From: Azolla caroliniana
Taxonomy: Eukaryota; Plantae; Polypodiophyta
Direction: 5' to 3'
Assembly: GCA_043228905.1 (NCBI GenBank)
Contig: JBHGNT010000006.1
Span: 18,972,001-19,036,000 of the forward strand
Length of the DNA: 64,000 nt
The translations under genes and the position numbers were made by a program. Within the stretch, counting starts at the first letter, position 1. The number at the start of each line of letters is the position of its first letter. The notes below the pieces were generated by a model. It was not told where the DNA came from, ran no database searches, and worked only from the letters and a program-made list of their open reading frames with translations. This document shows, piece after piece, positions 13,040 to 27,161 of this stretch.

Positions 13040-13330
13040 TCACAGAACTTGGAGAACATGCTCCTCTTGCGCCTTGAAAAATATCAAGATTTTATCCAAA
13101 TAAATGATGGCGAATATATCCAAGAAGTTCCGGAAAATATCATTGGTCATATGTTGAAAAACCACCTGAGCATTTGTGAGATAAAAAGGCATAATTGTAT
13201 GCTCAAAATGCCCGTATCGAGTGCGAAATGCGGCTTTCATTTCATCAACCAAACGAATTCGAACTAGATTATAAGCACCTCGAAGATCATTCTTTGTAAA
13301 GTATTTGACTTCACTCAAGCACTCTCTAAC
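13040..13330 (-). pseudogene. Tcn1-like Gypsy RT fragment
   Basis: DLRGAYNLVRIR...AFRTRYGHFEHTIMPFYLTNAQVVFQHMTNDIFRNFLDIFAIIYLDKILI. Confidence 0.85.
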
Positions 13331-16300
13331 ATGCACATAACATTTGCTTCGTAGAATTGAATATTATAATTCAAGCCATCATATTATAAAATTCAATTCT
13401 ACAGTGTTGGATATTTATGATCACCTTAGAGGAAAGTACCTTGATGTAAAATTCTTTCAAAAAATCTTGGGCAAGAGCCGAATCTATTATAGATGCTATT
13501 AAACACTGCATCCTCGAAGGGAGCCTTCCACATTGATAATGATCTACTCAACCATACTGGAAAGGTTTGTGCTCCAAATTTGTCTGAGGTAAAAAACATT
13601 AGTTCATTTTGCATTCTCTCTAAGGCACCGTGGAATACATCATACACTTGTTATAATCTATACTCATTTCTTTTTCACCTAGTATTAATGATTAATCTAA
13701 CTAAATCATTGTCAAGTTATCAAGTTACAAATATGAGTGAGAGATGTTTCCAATTACTAATGAATTTTTGGTTAAATTTTCTAATATGGGGCATTAAAAA
13801 CAACCTTGAGCATGGGATCCATCGACCAACCTTAGTATAATGGAGTTTTCTCCACATATACATTGATTGGATACATTCTTTTGGTATTGGTGTACTATTT
13901 TAGTCAGTCTTGATCACGATTAACAGTCATCTTCATGAGTTATACATTGTATAAACTATCTAAGGGATATGAAAATATAGGTTGCATATTGCATGAGACA
14001 AGTTACTACCGCTCGATAGAGGGCATGATTTTATGCCAACAAGAATTGACAACTTCATATTTAACCCTAGACAAATGGTATTTCTATGTGTAATTTTAAA
14101 CTCTTAAGACTTTGTCTACGAGTAAGTGTGCTAAATTAGCCCAAAAAGTTTGTAGATCTTTCACAATTCTCAAATATATTGGTTTATTTGCCAAATTGAT
14201 CAATCCTTGAGTTGGCAAAGTACATCAAAACACACTTCCCTCAAATAATCATTGCAAGATTGCAATCTTTTTAAGTGGGGGAACATGTTATGTGCATAAC
14301 CATAATTGATCATGAGATACGTTTTGTGAAGTTTTTCCTAATCTTATGATGAGTACATGTGGGTTAATTGTGAAAGGAACAAGCATATGAATTGTAATAT
14401 TCAATTCTTTGATGTTGGATAACTACTAATTGTGTTATCACTTGACCATTTCTCATAAAGTAGTCAAGTATGAGCACACTAGGGCCTAGGGTTTCTGCCT
14501 ATATCAGGGAGGCTTGGGTTATGTTGAGATTATGACATTATGGTATGACACTTGTTAGCTAAGCACGTGCCATGATGTTGGCAAAGAAAGGGATAACAAC
14601 ACTGTATGATGCCTTACTTTTGAATTACTTTATATTGGTTATCATTTCTAAATAAAGGGTGGTTTCAAAATAAGAATGTGAAAATGAAGGGCACGCTTCA
14701 TACTTACACATATAATGAAGGGCATTTGAAGCTGAAATCCATCATAAAAATGTGGATATATCAAGGGCAAGTGTGGCTATCAAAGTACAACCCTTATCTA
14801 CATTAGTTTTTACCTTTTACACCAAATCCTTGGAGTTTTTTGATTACTTCATGCTGGAGAATGTGACTAATTCACTTTGGTTAAAAATGAACTTTCCAAT
14901 AGATAAAAGTTATTCTTGTAGTTCCTAAAACTATTAGTGAATAGTGGAGATGAACCATGTCAATATTATATCTCTAATCAGTCCATGCAGCATTTTTACT
15001 CACATCAGCAAGGTTATAAAATCTGAATTTCATTGAAACTCCTTTGATGACAAGTTCTCCTTAATTTCCCAAACTTGATTAATAATATACACAGCAAGCA
15101 CTAGCAAGAAGATTGACTGAAATCTTTTTAAACTCTTTAAAATGAGAGTTAGGGAAACTTAGTAGTGTGCAACATATATTCCACAGATTTTGTATTGAGG
15201 CTTTTCTCCAATTGCAAGAGCATGGATGTTGCAAATTGCAAGTGTCCAGTAAGTTGTGGAGAACGTGCTGAGTAACATATGGATGACTGTCATTCTTCTT
15301 CTAGCTGGATTTGTAGACTTCTAAGAGTAGTTCTTTTTGTTAGGAATTTAAATTTTGCCCTACCCAATGTCAATTATACTGGAATTCACGAGACTACCAA
15401 GAAGTCTAAATGCTTGTGTATACATATGTAAGGTCTTCATGAAGTCTTAATGATATAGATACATCAAACATGAATTGTCGATGTTTTTCCAACTCAACGA
15501 CATGTCCTTAGAGGAATTGAGCATTGTAGAATGAAAGTAGTCCCCATTATTACATGTATATGAAAATAAATTGTGTACTGCACAAGCATAATACATTTCC
15601 ATGCATTAAATATTTGGTACATTAAGTATATGCTTAATTTCAATATTCCATACAAGAATAACAAGCCAAAAAACCTCATTACAGATAATCAACCACCAAA
15701 TTTGAGATAAAACCCACCACAAACCTATGAAGAGCCAGATTATATGCTCAATTGGAGCACAAATGTACTTATATACAGAGATGTTCCACAAAGAAACAAC
15801 ACCATTTTGCATTTGTCTAATTATCAGTTATTTTCCAAATAAATGATAAAAGAATAAACTTTTGCTCCAAAATGCACTGGAAGCTGTACCCCTTATCTGC
15901 TTGGTTACTAGCCTCCCAAGTGCATGAAATGCTTTGCATGTTCTAGGTTTTAAATGATTTTACAAATAATCAATCATTTAGAGGAAACAATTCAAGTCAT
16001 TGGCTGGTTCACATGTCAACATATAGCATGTCGAGCATAAGTTTTCTGGACTTGATTAAATTTTTGATACGAAAATTATCTTGGATGTGGGATGGTTCTA
16101 TAAAATTAGGATGGCATGCACCACTAAACAATGTGGAAATATACACTCTAGGCAAAACCTATGGAATTTAAAACCAAATGAGGATTGACAAAACTAAAAC
16201 CAACATATGTCTTCCCTCCAAAAACAGGAGTGATGTATGCATTTGAATCCACCCTAGAAGCAACTGCCATATATGCTTTTGAATCTTTCCACTCTACATC

Positions 16301-16333
16301 CACAGGAAAGGTTTTAATGATGTATTCCTTCAA

Positions 16334-18779
16334 CTAAACACATGCCTTTGAATCTCTCCACTCTAGAAACAAGAGTGCGGCCCTGTAATGGGTATATGCA
16401 CCTGCAATGACCAAGATATGGAACAAGTTATGACTATGGCCTCCAAGGTCAAATAATCCTGGTTTCCATCGCTCAGGAACCCTGACAACATAAATCATGG
16501 CCCCAATAGCGTAAAATGCAGCCATAGCAGCTTCATGGGCGACTGTAGTAGCACACAAGGGCTCATCCCAATTTGTAGCAACGGCATGAACAGCTGGAAT
16601 TAGGCCAGATACTCCCATTGTTAAAAAAATTGAAGCTCGAAATGCTCTATATTCACCCCGTTGACAAGCAGGGGCAAAAAGCACTGCCACAGTTATTATA
16701 GCCATTGTACTGATTGTGCCTAAATAGATCCATTGCCATATTGGGGTGCATTGGAACACATAATATATGGGTGGAAAAAATGAGGTTGCAATCATGACGG
16801 CAATTCCAGCATAGTCGACCCGCATCAGAAATATTGCTACCGATCTAGAATGACATGTGAAAAGGTGACAAACTGAGCTTGCAAGAAGGCAGAACATTGA
16901 ACCTCCCATGAACACAAAGAATGGCCATCTTGTGGTTTGATTCAGCATTGGGTCCACTATTTTGACAATTTTATGATTCATAATTTGCTGAATACAAAAT
17001 CAGAGTGGAAAACCAAAGACAATGTAAGTATATCAATTTCTCTTAATATGTCTAGCCTTATACAATACTATATCAAATTTGAGCTGGTCATACACCATCC
17101 ATACCAGCAGACAATGTTGAAAAGTATCACCATCTGGTCTATTACCCCCGAAACACCTGACAAAAGTTTTGCATCCCAAATTTATTCCATCTATTTAGGT
17201 AGTATCAAATCTGCATCCCAAACGCGAAAAAATACTCACAATGAAAGAGGAATTCGTAAATCCCACAAGTCCATCACCATCAAGACAGTCAACCAAAGGA
17301 AGAAGAGGAAACCTAATAGATGCCTGCAAAACATCATAGGTAATGTCAACATGCATGCCTCTGTAAATAATGTTCGGCATTCATCTTGAATGCATAATAG
17401 ATTATATATATTGAGCACAACTCAGTGGTTGCCAGACTCCTCTTCTAACAGAGAACTTGAGAAGAACCAGAAAATGTCAAAGAATACACTGTATAAGTTT
17501 TTGTTTCTGTCCATACAATAAAATTCACTCTTTAACAAAGCGATCATCGTAATCATCATCTCCATATGTATTGGTACACTTTTGATTGGAGGTTCAGTGA
17601 GAAAATATGTCATCCCCTTAACAACTGCATCATCATCTATTGATGTGCACTTCTGGACACACGTGTACATCGATGTCATTTCCATCTTGGCTGATGCAGT
17701 TCCCATCCTAAACATTGTCGTCATCGTGGTCACTATGATCATCATCTCTGTGTGCATCCACAATAGCAGCTTCGTCCTCTGAGATACTTCATCCCCTAAA
17801 AACACCATTACCTTTTCTCTGTGTGCACTTTATACTTAAGCAACATCAATGTGATTCGCATTACATTCACCGCCATCATAATCATCATAACTCTCGCCCT
17901 CCTCACCACGCTTATCCTCATTACATCATCATCATCATCAAGAAAGGGTTCATTATCATCACCATCATCCTCATTACATCCTACTCCTCACCATCCTTAC
18001 CTTCGAATGATTCATCTCTCGTCCTTATCCCATCATCATCAACATAACCATTTTTTTTTAGTAACACTTTTATTACTAGTGGGAAACCTCAAAGTGAGGT
18101 TCAAAACATTTTGATTGTCTACAACTTAGAGACATCACACTGCAAATTTACACTCTTTACTTTAAGTGCTTTGAAGCTCTTTAGTGTCTAATTGACACTT
18201 GTATCATTCTCACCATCATCCTCATTACATCCTACTCCTCACCATCCTTACCTTCGAATTATTCATGTCTCATCCTTATCCTATCATGATCACAACCACC
18301 ACCATCATCATCATCCCCACCACCAGCACATCATCATCAGTATCATGATGTGACCAAGAACACATCCCAATTCACATCCTCAACCTCATCCTCTCTGCTC
18401 TAGTCACCATCACCAGTGACTGTACATTTGCATAATATAGAAAAGATACAAAAACGCCATTTATATTGATTATAAGAAGAGCTACTTACGTCCATATATT
18501 GACGGTCTCATTATGGACTCTAAACAAGCTACTCAATGCCTGCCCATATGTGAGGTCAACTCTGTAATGGCCCAATATATATTCATTATCCTTGAGATAA
18601 TCAGGCAGGGAATGGTACTCAAAGAGAGCATATTTCTCTTCACACTTCTTCACATTACCCTTAAGCACTCCATTTATCAAAGAATTACTCTCCTCTGTCA
18701 ATACCACTTTGCTCTGCACAGACATAGCTTGATATTCGTGATCTTCCTCCAACTTCACTGCTCTTTGACGAACTTCCAT
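16334..18779 (-). CDS. HHP: Heptahelical transmembrane protein, PAQR/AdipoR/haemolysin-III family (plant HHP-like), 4 exons, 359 aa
   Basis: Exons 18779-18490, 17323-17240, 17156-17105, 16987-16334; all introns GT-AG and the frame is continuous (1080 nt). PAQR motifs HNETVNIWTHLLG, SSVCHLFTCHS, DYAGI and PERWKPGLFDLGGHSHNLFH. Confidence 0.93.
17850..18350. repeat. (CAT/CAC)n-rich low-complexity tract with an internal ~75-bp duplication in HHP intron 1
   Basis: tcaccatcatcctcattacatcctactcctcaccatccttaccttcgaat occurs at ~17958 and ~18210. Confidence 0.75.
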
Positions 18780-19069
18780 TGAAATATATTTTGCTTCGCG
18801 AGGCTTAAATCAGAAAAAGGGGGCAGGCGGGGGGTGGGAGATAGAGTAGCCTGTTGAAGTTTTTCTTTGTCGGTTCTTCGTATAGAGGTAGATGAAGGAG
18901 ATCGCGTTCTTTAGGATTGAATGGTGATGGTGGAGGAAGCAGATATTTTTTATCAACACAGGCAGGCAGGCAGACAGACAGACAGAGGCTCTCGGGTCTC
19001 TGTTTCTCTCCCTCTTTTAACTCTTCTTCAGCCCATTCTTTCTCTTTTCACACGTTTCCACTCAGCGCA

Positions 19070-19285
19070 TCCTGCTTTCTTCCCTTGCTTTTTGCCTTTT
19101 GCTTTTTGCTTTTTGCTTCTTGCTTCTTGCTTCTTGCTTCCTGCTTCTTGTTTCCTGCTTTTTGCTTCTTGCTTCTTGCTTTTTGCTTTTTGCTTTTTGC
19201 TTCTTGTTTCTTGCGTTTTGATTCTTGCTTCTTGCGTTTTGCTTCTTGTTTCCTGCTTTTTGCTTCTTGCTTCCTGCTTTTTGCT
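19070..19285. repeat. 7-bp minisatellite (TTGCTTC/TTGCTTT)n upstream of HHP
   Basis: About 30 degenerate heptamer units; source of the spurious ORFs at 18917-19475. Confidence 0.9.
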
Positions 19286-19387
19286 AAGTTGGCTCTTGGA
19301 CTTTATGGATGAGTGTGTGAGCACACATATCTTGAGCCTCCTTGACTCTCCAATCATATCTATCTCTTTTTTTCTTCTAGTTGGATT

Positions 19388-20750
19388 TGTTGTGACCCCC
19401 TTCCAGGTTCATATGATGTCCTCGTATGCATCAGAGACCCGGCCATTAACACTCACGTCATCACGGCCTAGGTAGGGGAACACATGATTATGGCTTATAG
19501 GTAAGGGAACAAATCAAGCTCTCCTCCAACGACAACATCGAGAGCGGTGTCTCTCCCTGCACAATATGGATTCAAGATATTCATGAATTGAACATTCATC
19601 GTTTGTATCACATGCTAGAAGCTAATCTTGGGTTTTTGCTTTGTTGCCTGATACTAGGTAATATAAGTAATGAGCAGAACCATTTTCTTATCAATGTTGT
19701 GCACTCGGTCAGTCCCAACAACCATATTTGCCCTTATATAAGGAAAAGGCATGGCAAGGAGTAGGCATCCACTCATTTGCTCCAATCAAAAGTTGGACGC
19801 TTGGCTCTCTCCCCCCTGAAGGATTTTGCGGTTGTCCCGACTCGTCTTGATTCTTCCTAACTCAAAATTTGGCTTTGTCCCAATATTGGGAGGACTCTTT
19901 GTAATATCTTGACTTGTGAATAATATAAAATTTATTTGTCCCTTGTTCGGTATCCATTTGCACGTTCTTGTGTGTGATAAGTTTAATCATGATTTTGGGA
20001 CATAACACTTAGTACCAGAGCAGGAACACGAATTGGAGGCAAAAAATGTTGAAGAAGGGGAATTCGACAATAGAGCGGGAAACATATGAGAAAAGAGAAA
20101 GTGACCAAGAGGAAAGCGAATTGGAATCGAAAGCAATCAAGCTGCCACGAACTAGAGCAAGCTAGAGGGAGATCACAATAGCACAATGGGCGAAAATTCT
20201 CAAGAATCAGATAAAGGACCAACACTCACCAAGGAGGCAAGGGCACCAAAAGGAGAGGCTCGATGAGGATCCATCGAACTATGGGAGCTACAACCCAAAT
20301 CCAATGGAGTATGCATGAGCAAGGGAGTCATTTATACTCAATATGTGGACTCACGGCACGGAGAGATTCCCTTCTGTGACTAGGGGGAGAGAGACCCTTC
20401 ATAGGATGGGAGGATTTTAAACAAAGAAGCAAGAGTGTTTCATCCCAGCAAACAAACCATATACACTAAGGGATCAATGGAGAGGTTTAAAACAAGAGTT
20501 TGGCAAAATCAAGGAATATATGCTACAAGTCACTAGTATGGATAATTCTGATGGGTTGCACAGGGTTCTTTTTGGATTGCAACCTTCGGTATGAAGAGAC
20601 CAAGAGAAGCTTGAACCCATGGGCCTGGACAAAGCAAAACACATCATAGAACAAGTGGGGATTTGGGAGAGCTCATAGAAAAAACAAGTTTCTTTGGAGC
20701 AAGGGGGCTCACTATGTCCATATCATCAAGCTAGAGGCAACGTTTCGAAT
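19388..20750 (+). mobile_element. Old Gypsy-type element: 5' LTR 19388-20007, degenerate Met PBS, decayed gag
   Basis: Imperfect terminal inverted repeats TGTTGTGACCC...GGGACATAACA; TATATAA near 19735; TAGTACCAGAGC (PBS-like) at 20010-20021; WEDFKQ and FGLQP gag-like remnants. Confidence 0.6.
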
Positions 20751-20752
20751 GT

Positions 20753-21262
20753 TGTTGGGGTGGGGGGTGAAGCTTAGAATGGCTTCACCCCCCCTCCCAA
20801 GGGGGTTACGATAGAGAACGAGAGAAGGAAAGTGAAAATACAAAATGACACAAAAATGAGAGGGGGAAAAAAAGCTATATCCCATTATGCCCCATGGGTG
20901 GGGTTTATATAGTACAAGAAGTAACCGTTACAAATAAAGAATGAGACAAGTAGGGAGTTACATTACTTACCCACTTTCTCACCTTTGTACACATGCACAC
21001 AAATATGCATGTGTTCATACACATATTCATCCTCATACATTCATTTATAATACACATACACATCAACCACATCATTACACATACCCTTATGCCTCCCCGT
21101 ATATTCTTACGGGTAACAGGAATGAGGAGGGGGGAAGACCCACTTCCTTGAATCTCTTGGGAAAATGCAACACACAGAAGGTACCCCATTTGTCAAACGA
21201 TGTTTCAAATGTGATGGTTGTTACGTCCCAAAATTAAGACAAAGTCAATGTCAACCCCAATA
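20753..21262 (-). mobile_element. Isolated LTR related to the LTR at 31663-32043
   Basis: Shared segment ggggtggggg...tagaatggct(t/c)cacccccctcccaagggggtt and atagtacaag; no clean TSD. Confidence 0.6.
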
Positions 21263-21754
21263 AGGTCCACATTGTTGTTGTGAAAACACGTTTTCGTGGA
21301 GGATTCCGTCCATAGGAGGAAAGGGGAGCCAGATGCGTGTGAATGGGTGTGTGCAAGGATGCACACGAACAAGACTTGTGTATATATAAAGAACAAATGT
21401 AAATATCGAAATATGATAAGTACTAGGTTGTATGATTTAGATGGGTACTTTAATGTCCCACAAAAAGGGAGGAATGAAACGTATCTAGGGAGGAAAACGA
21501 GGAGGGAATCGTTGACAGAATCGGTTGTCTTAAACGGCTGATGTAACACCGATCCTCCTCCTTGTGGATCTATAAAAGGAGAGGAGAGAGACCGTTAGGG
21601 GGATCGATCATTTTTAGGAGGCGGAAGCTTTGTCGGATTGGAAAGCCGGCTGCTCGTTTATTGCTTCCTATTGATCGGTTGTCGTGTTGTGAGGCCTCTG
21701 TTTCGCGCTGGAAGCCCGTGTGGTCCCGATTAGAGGCTCACTAGATTTTGTGTG

Positions 21755-21796
<42 letters not shown>

Positions 21797-22803
21797 TCGA
21801 AGCTCTGTTGCCAGCCAAGCCCGGTTGTACTTCTCCGATTATAAGTTAATTGATTATTTTGTTGCTTTCGGATTTCCTATGTCTTTTGGGTTCTACATGT
21901 AGTCTTGTCTTTGCTCCCTCTCATTTGCATCTGCATACCCGAGTGTGCTAACCGTGGGGTCATTGCTTATTATCCGGAGGCTGTTTCGGAACGGTGTGTG
22001 TGTCCGAGCCTGTTGTCGTGAGGAATTCCGGCTACTAGGAAAAAAGGTGTCTTGAGAGCGCGTGAACAGGACGTGCATTGATGCACTCGAAATGTCTTTG
22101 TACAATCATGTGTAACTAAGTTAGTGTATGTTTAAGAATTGAGGAATACTAGGTAGGAGTGATTCGATAAGTAATTTAAGGCCACAAGCATAGAGAATAA
22201 TAATAATATCTTATGGAGGAAATTGAGGGGAAATCTCTATGGGTGATGTAATGGCCTCCCCTTGTTCTATAAAAGCAGAGGTTTGAGACTGTTTTAGGGA
22301 GCCACGAGGGGGAGGACGAAGTGCTGTCAGTTTGAGTGCCTAACTCTCTCTCTCTCTCTCTCTCATGTGCTCTATATTGATCTGAGGAAGAAGGTGACGC
22401 CTCTGCTCGCGAAGGAAGCCCGTGAGCTCCCGATCAGAGGTTCATCAGTCTATGTGTGTGTGCGTGTAGGTGTGCAACACAACTCGAAGCTTTGTTGCTG
22501 GCCGCACCCGGTTGTACTCTTTTGGGGTCTCTGTTAATCATTAGTGTTTGCTAGGTCTCTTCTTGTGTTTGGATTTCCCGCGTTGTTCCTACTTATGGCA
22601 TGTTTTCCGCACCCCAAACTCGTGTTCTTACTCCCCGTTCTGTTTCTATTGTGTGCACATCCAAGCCCGTGAGCCTGTGAGCTCATCGTTGTTGTCCAGC
22701 ATCATACCCGGAACAGTACACTTCTTCAGGCCCATGCGCCAACTGGTCGGGATCCAGGTGTCGTTCCAAATCGGGTGCGCATTCGAATACCGTGACACCG
22801 AGT

Positions 22804-25800
22804 TGTGAAATGTTACGTGCGGAAGCTATACGGAACACAGAATACCGACAGAGAGAAAACAAGTTAATGGAGAGCTTAAGACACAATGTACGCAGGAGAG
22901 ACAGAGAGGGAAAAAACACAGAAAAACTAAATTCAAATAATGTGTAAAACTTTGTGTACATAGGATGTGCTCAAAGGGCACTTTTATACAAGTCCATATG
23001 GATTGACAAAAGTACTGACACGTACTTCAATGCTCATAACTGAGCTCCTACACTAACTCCCAAATATGTTCCCTCACGGAATATCTGTTCAATAGCCTCC
23101 CAGTTTTCGCAACGATCCGGCCTCTTGTTGCGTACCGGTTTACGCACCGGTCCGGCCAATGTTGAGCTTGTATCTCAACACTCCCCCTCAAGCTCAAGTT
23201 GAGGCTCTTCCGGTCCTTCGCTCCAGTTTCTCTTGACATCACGCCTCGCTCGTCCTCGACCCATTTGATTCCGCGTGCCTCAACCCTTACAATCGGCTTG
23301 TCTGCTTGTGCGGCCTTTTCCAGCTCCCTTGCTATCAGGGTGTTGGCACTTCTTTTGCTGCCCTTTCTTCTACTTGGCCTTCAGTTGATTCAGCGTCTCC
23401 GAATCAAACATCTGAGCCGAATCGGCTGCCTTCGATTCGTCTCCGCTTTTGTCCAAATTGGCTATCTCTAATTCGTCCTCAATCTTGGCCTTCTCGCCCT
23501 TGTTGGCTTAATCTCCCCCATCTTGGTTGGCTCCGGCTCTTTCTTTCGGCTACTACCTTCTTGTTCACTTCCGGACTCTGTCATTCGATTTGATGTCACG
23601 GTCACTTCCGCTCCTTTCCTGCTTCTCTCCGTAATCTTGCGGGACTTCTCTCCCCCTCAAGTTCGGCACGTCGAGGTGCCGCAACCCAAGCGCACCCAAG
23701 AATTGCCACAACTTGTCTAGACCAAGGGGCTTGGTGAAGATGTCGGCGTTCTGCCGATCCGTTGGTGTTGAGAAATCGATGCAGAATAGATCACAATAAA
23801 CGAACTACGCACTAAAATACGAATTACAGAAAATACACCAGAAGGACAAGATAAACAGATGTACACAGAGATTTACGTGGAAACCCTAAAACGGGGAAAA
23901 CCACGGGAACAGATTCTTCACTATACGAATAGTGGATATACAATAGAGAGAAGATTACAACACTCTCTCACGAGTGCATCAGCCGCACAGGGCTCTTCGT
24001 GTCTGATGTTACACACACAGCTATGGCGCGACTCTTCCTTCTCTCACACTCTCTGTCTCTTTGTCTCTCTCACGTTCTACAACTTCTGTTTTTACACTTT
24101 GTTGATCACTAAAAGTTTTCCCTAGTTGCATATATACTTACACAACTTTCTAGCTATTTACATACATAGCCCTCATGGGGCGCACACTTGGACTATTTAC
24201 AAGTACAGTCACCCGAGTTGGCTATTTACACGATTCAGGTTTCGGCCTTGGCCGAGTCACTCATCAACTCATCTCCTCTCTCTTTCCCATCTAGAGGGAC
24301 TTGTTTCCACACATCATCATCATTATTATTACTATAATAATAATAGTCAAATCTTCAAACAATCGACTCACTATTTTTTACTCTTCGACTATCAGCTTTC
24401 TGATCAATCGGATCTTCCTTGTCATCGATTGTTGGCTTTCCAATCAGTCAGTTCTTCCTCCCACTGGAGGGACATAATCCCAACAGTCGGAACATACTGA
24501 AGTTCAACTTCAACAGAGAGGACACACTCGCAGACAAAGTGGTAGTGCACCTCAATGTGCTTAGTACAGGCGTGAAAGATGGAGTTCTTCGCAAGTTGGA
24601 TGCTGGTGAGGTTGTCGTAGTAGATCGTCGTCGAATCAGACACCTCCACCTGTAGATCCTTAAGTAGCCGCTTTAGCCATATGGCTTTGCATGTTGCGAC
24701 AGCCACTCTTCGATACTTGGCCTCTATGCTCGACAGTGCAACTGTCGGTTGCTTCTTGCTACTCCATGCGATCGCGGTGCTCCTTAGGGAGAACGCGAAT
24801 CCGGATGTGGATCGGCAATCGCCGGCGTTTCCAGCCTAGTCGGCATCTATATAGCCGACTAGCTACTCAAAAGTACCGGTCCGATATAGTAGCCCCCGGT
24901 CCTTAGTGTCACTGACGTACCTGAGTACGCGTTGCGCACACCAAAGGTGCTCCTCGGTTGGTTGCGCCATGTACTGACTAATCAAGCTGACCGGATAACT
25001 GAGGTCTGACTAGGTGATAGTCAAGTATACGAGGCTCCCGACAATCTGTCGGAACCTTTTCGGGTCGCAGACCTTTCCGAAGTCGGGGCGAAGCTTGACG
25101 GTTCTGTCCAGACGATGAAGGAGACGAAATATTGACTCCCGCCAAGACTCACGTTCTGTGCCGGTCCCCATACATCTAAATGTATCAAGTCGAGCTTATT
25201 TTAGCTTTGATTACGCTCGTTGGGAAAAGAAGTCGATGTTGCTTCCCTAGCTGGTAGACTTCACAAATTTGGGCCTTTCGACCACTGAATTTCGGCAATC
25301 TGAACACAACTTGTTTCGATTGCAATTCCTGAAGCCTTTGGTAATTGACGTGGCCTATCCGCTTATGCCACAAGTCGATATCTGACTCGACTTTTTGCCC
25401 TTTCATGAACATGGCGGTGCCTACTTCATTGGTGTTGAGGATGAACATCCTCCCATCTCTACGCCCTTGCGCAATAACTTGGCCTTCTTCCTCGATGAAG
25501 CACCCGAGATGCGTGAATCGGACTTGCATCCCCTGGTTGACGATTTGTCCAACCGACACCAGATTCTTCGTAATTGTCGGGACGTGTAACACGTTCATTA
25601 GCTTCCCTTTTTGCCTGACGTGGCCGAGGGGAACTTCACCAACATGTACGATCGAATGCGGAGTATCATCTCCCGGTTGTTCTGGTTTTTTTAGATATGA
25701 GAGCCACTCTTTATGGTTCGTCATATGGCTTGACACTCCGGAGGCAACGTACCACACTTCGTCCGATTTCGGGATGGTCTTCTTCATCGAGTTCGCTTCG

Positions 25801-27161
25801 TGTCTTGTCACGAAGGTTGCCGCATTTCCGACTTTTGCGGATCCTTTGGCGTAGTGCGTCCGCTGCCGATTTCCTTGTTCGGTTGGGTCCGAATCCGAAT
25901 CTAGTTTTCTCTGAATCGGCGCGTTTCTTCCAACACTTGCTCTCCTTGTGGCCATTCTTGCCACAATACCAGCATTCCACTGCGTGTTTCCCTTGCCGGT
26001 TCTCGTCGCCTCCTCGACTCCCCTACTTCCGGAGGGTTCAGAATTGTTGTCGGCATCACCACAATGCCTTCTTCCTTGTTCCCGTCGGCCACCTCCATTG
26101 TGCGCCGAATCGCCTCGTCCGCCACGACCACGGGGCCTATCTCCCTCCATGTACAATCTCTTGTTGTCGGTGTGCGTACTCGTTGACGCACCCACGTGAT
26201 TCTCCTCTACAAGGAGCATTGACAGCAAGTCGAAAAATGACGGCGTATTCTCCCTTGTAGAAACAGCAGTTCAGAATGCTCCGAACTTCGACACCAATCC
26301 TCTGGGGCAGATCTGCACCATTTCACCCTCCTCAACGTTCACATCGATGGAGGCGAGGGAGTCGCAGATATCCTTTATCTTGGAGGTGTAGTCCGCCACC
26401 GCCATGTCGTGTTGACGCACATTGCTCAACTCTTGTCAGAGTTGGAGCTTCCTAGCTGTGGTGCTTGCGGCGAAAATCGTTTTTAGATTTCCCATGAACT
26501 CTGGTTGCCGACTATTCCCAGGTCAGGAAGTCTCAGTGTGTCGATTCGGGTGTTGCATCATTCGCTCCATCGACATAGCTCCAATATCCATGTCCGAGCA
26601 AGTATTGGTGCATCTTGTACGACCAAGATGCGTAGTTACTTCCGTCGAGCTTCTCAATTGGAAGCGAACTAGCCATACCTCTATCCATTTTTTCCTTTTT
26701 GTTCTTCACCGAGATTAGGTTTTTTTGTGTGTTTCGAGTTGAAGTCGGCTGCAGAGGTTCTCAACCCTCGCACTCTAATACCATGTGAAATGTTACGTGC
26801 GGAAGCTATAAGAAACACAAAATACCGACAAAGAGAAAACATGTTTAATGGAGAGCTTAAGACACAATGTATGCGGGAGAGACAGAGAGGGAAGAAACAC
26901 AGAAAACCTAAATTCAAATAATGTGTAAAACTCTGTGTACATAGGATGTGCTCAGAGGGTACTTTTATACAAGTCCATATGGACTGATAGAAGTACTGAC
27001 ATGTACTTCAATGCTTATAACTGAGCTCCTACACTAACTCCCAAATATATTCCCTTGCGGAATATCTGTTCAACGACCTCCCGGTTTCCGCACCAATCCG
27101 GCCTCTTGTTGCGCACCGGTTTACGCACCAGTCCGACCAATCTTGAGCTTGTATCTCAACA
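22804..27161 (-). mobile_element. Ty1/Copia element with both LTRs (22804-23180, 26784-27161) and an internal deletion of most integrase/RT
   Basis: LTR pair tgtgaaatg...tctcaaca; TSD CGAGT/CGGGT; degenerate PBS actctaatacca ~26772-26783; PPT ctccccctc after 23180; gag CWYCGKNGHKESKC, LWHKRIGH, RNase H TKHIEVHYHFV; deletion junction ~25110. Confidence 0.9.
23766..24485 (-). mobile_element. Solo LTR (Tork-like family) inserted in Copia RNase H
   Basis: tgttgag...cccaaca; TSD GTTGG/GTCGG; removing it restores ELQYVPT-DRQNADIFTKPLG. Confidence 0.82.

Noticed and set aside
16148-16333. ORF immediately after the HHP stop codon
   Set aside because: Non-ATG start in the probable 3' UTR; no recognisable homology.
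18917-19475. Hydrophobic or basic ORFs of 109-184 aa
   Set aside because: Translations of the 7-bp minisatellite.
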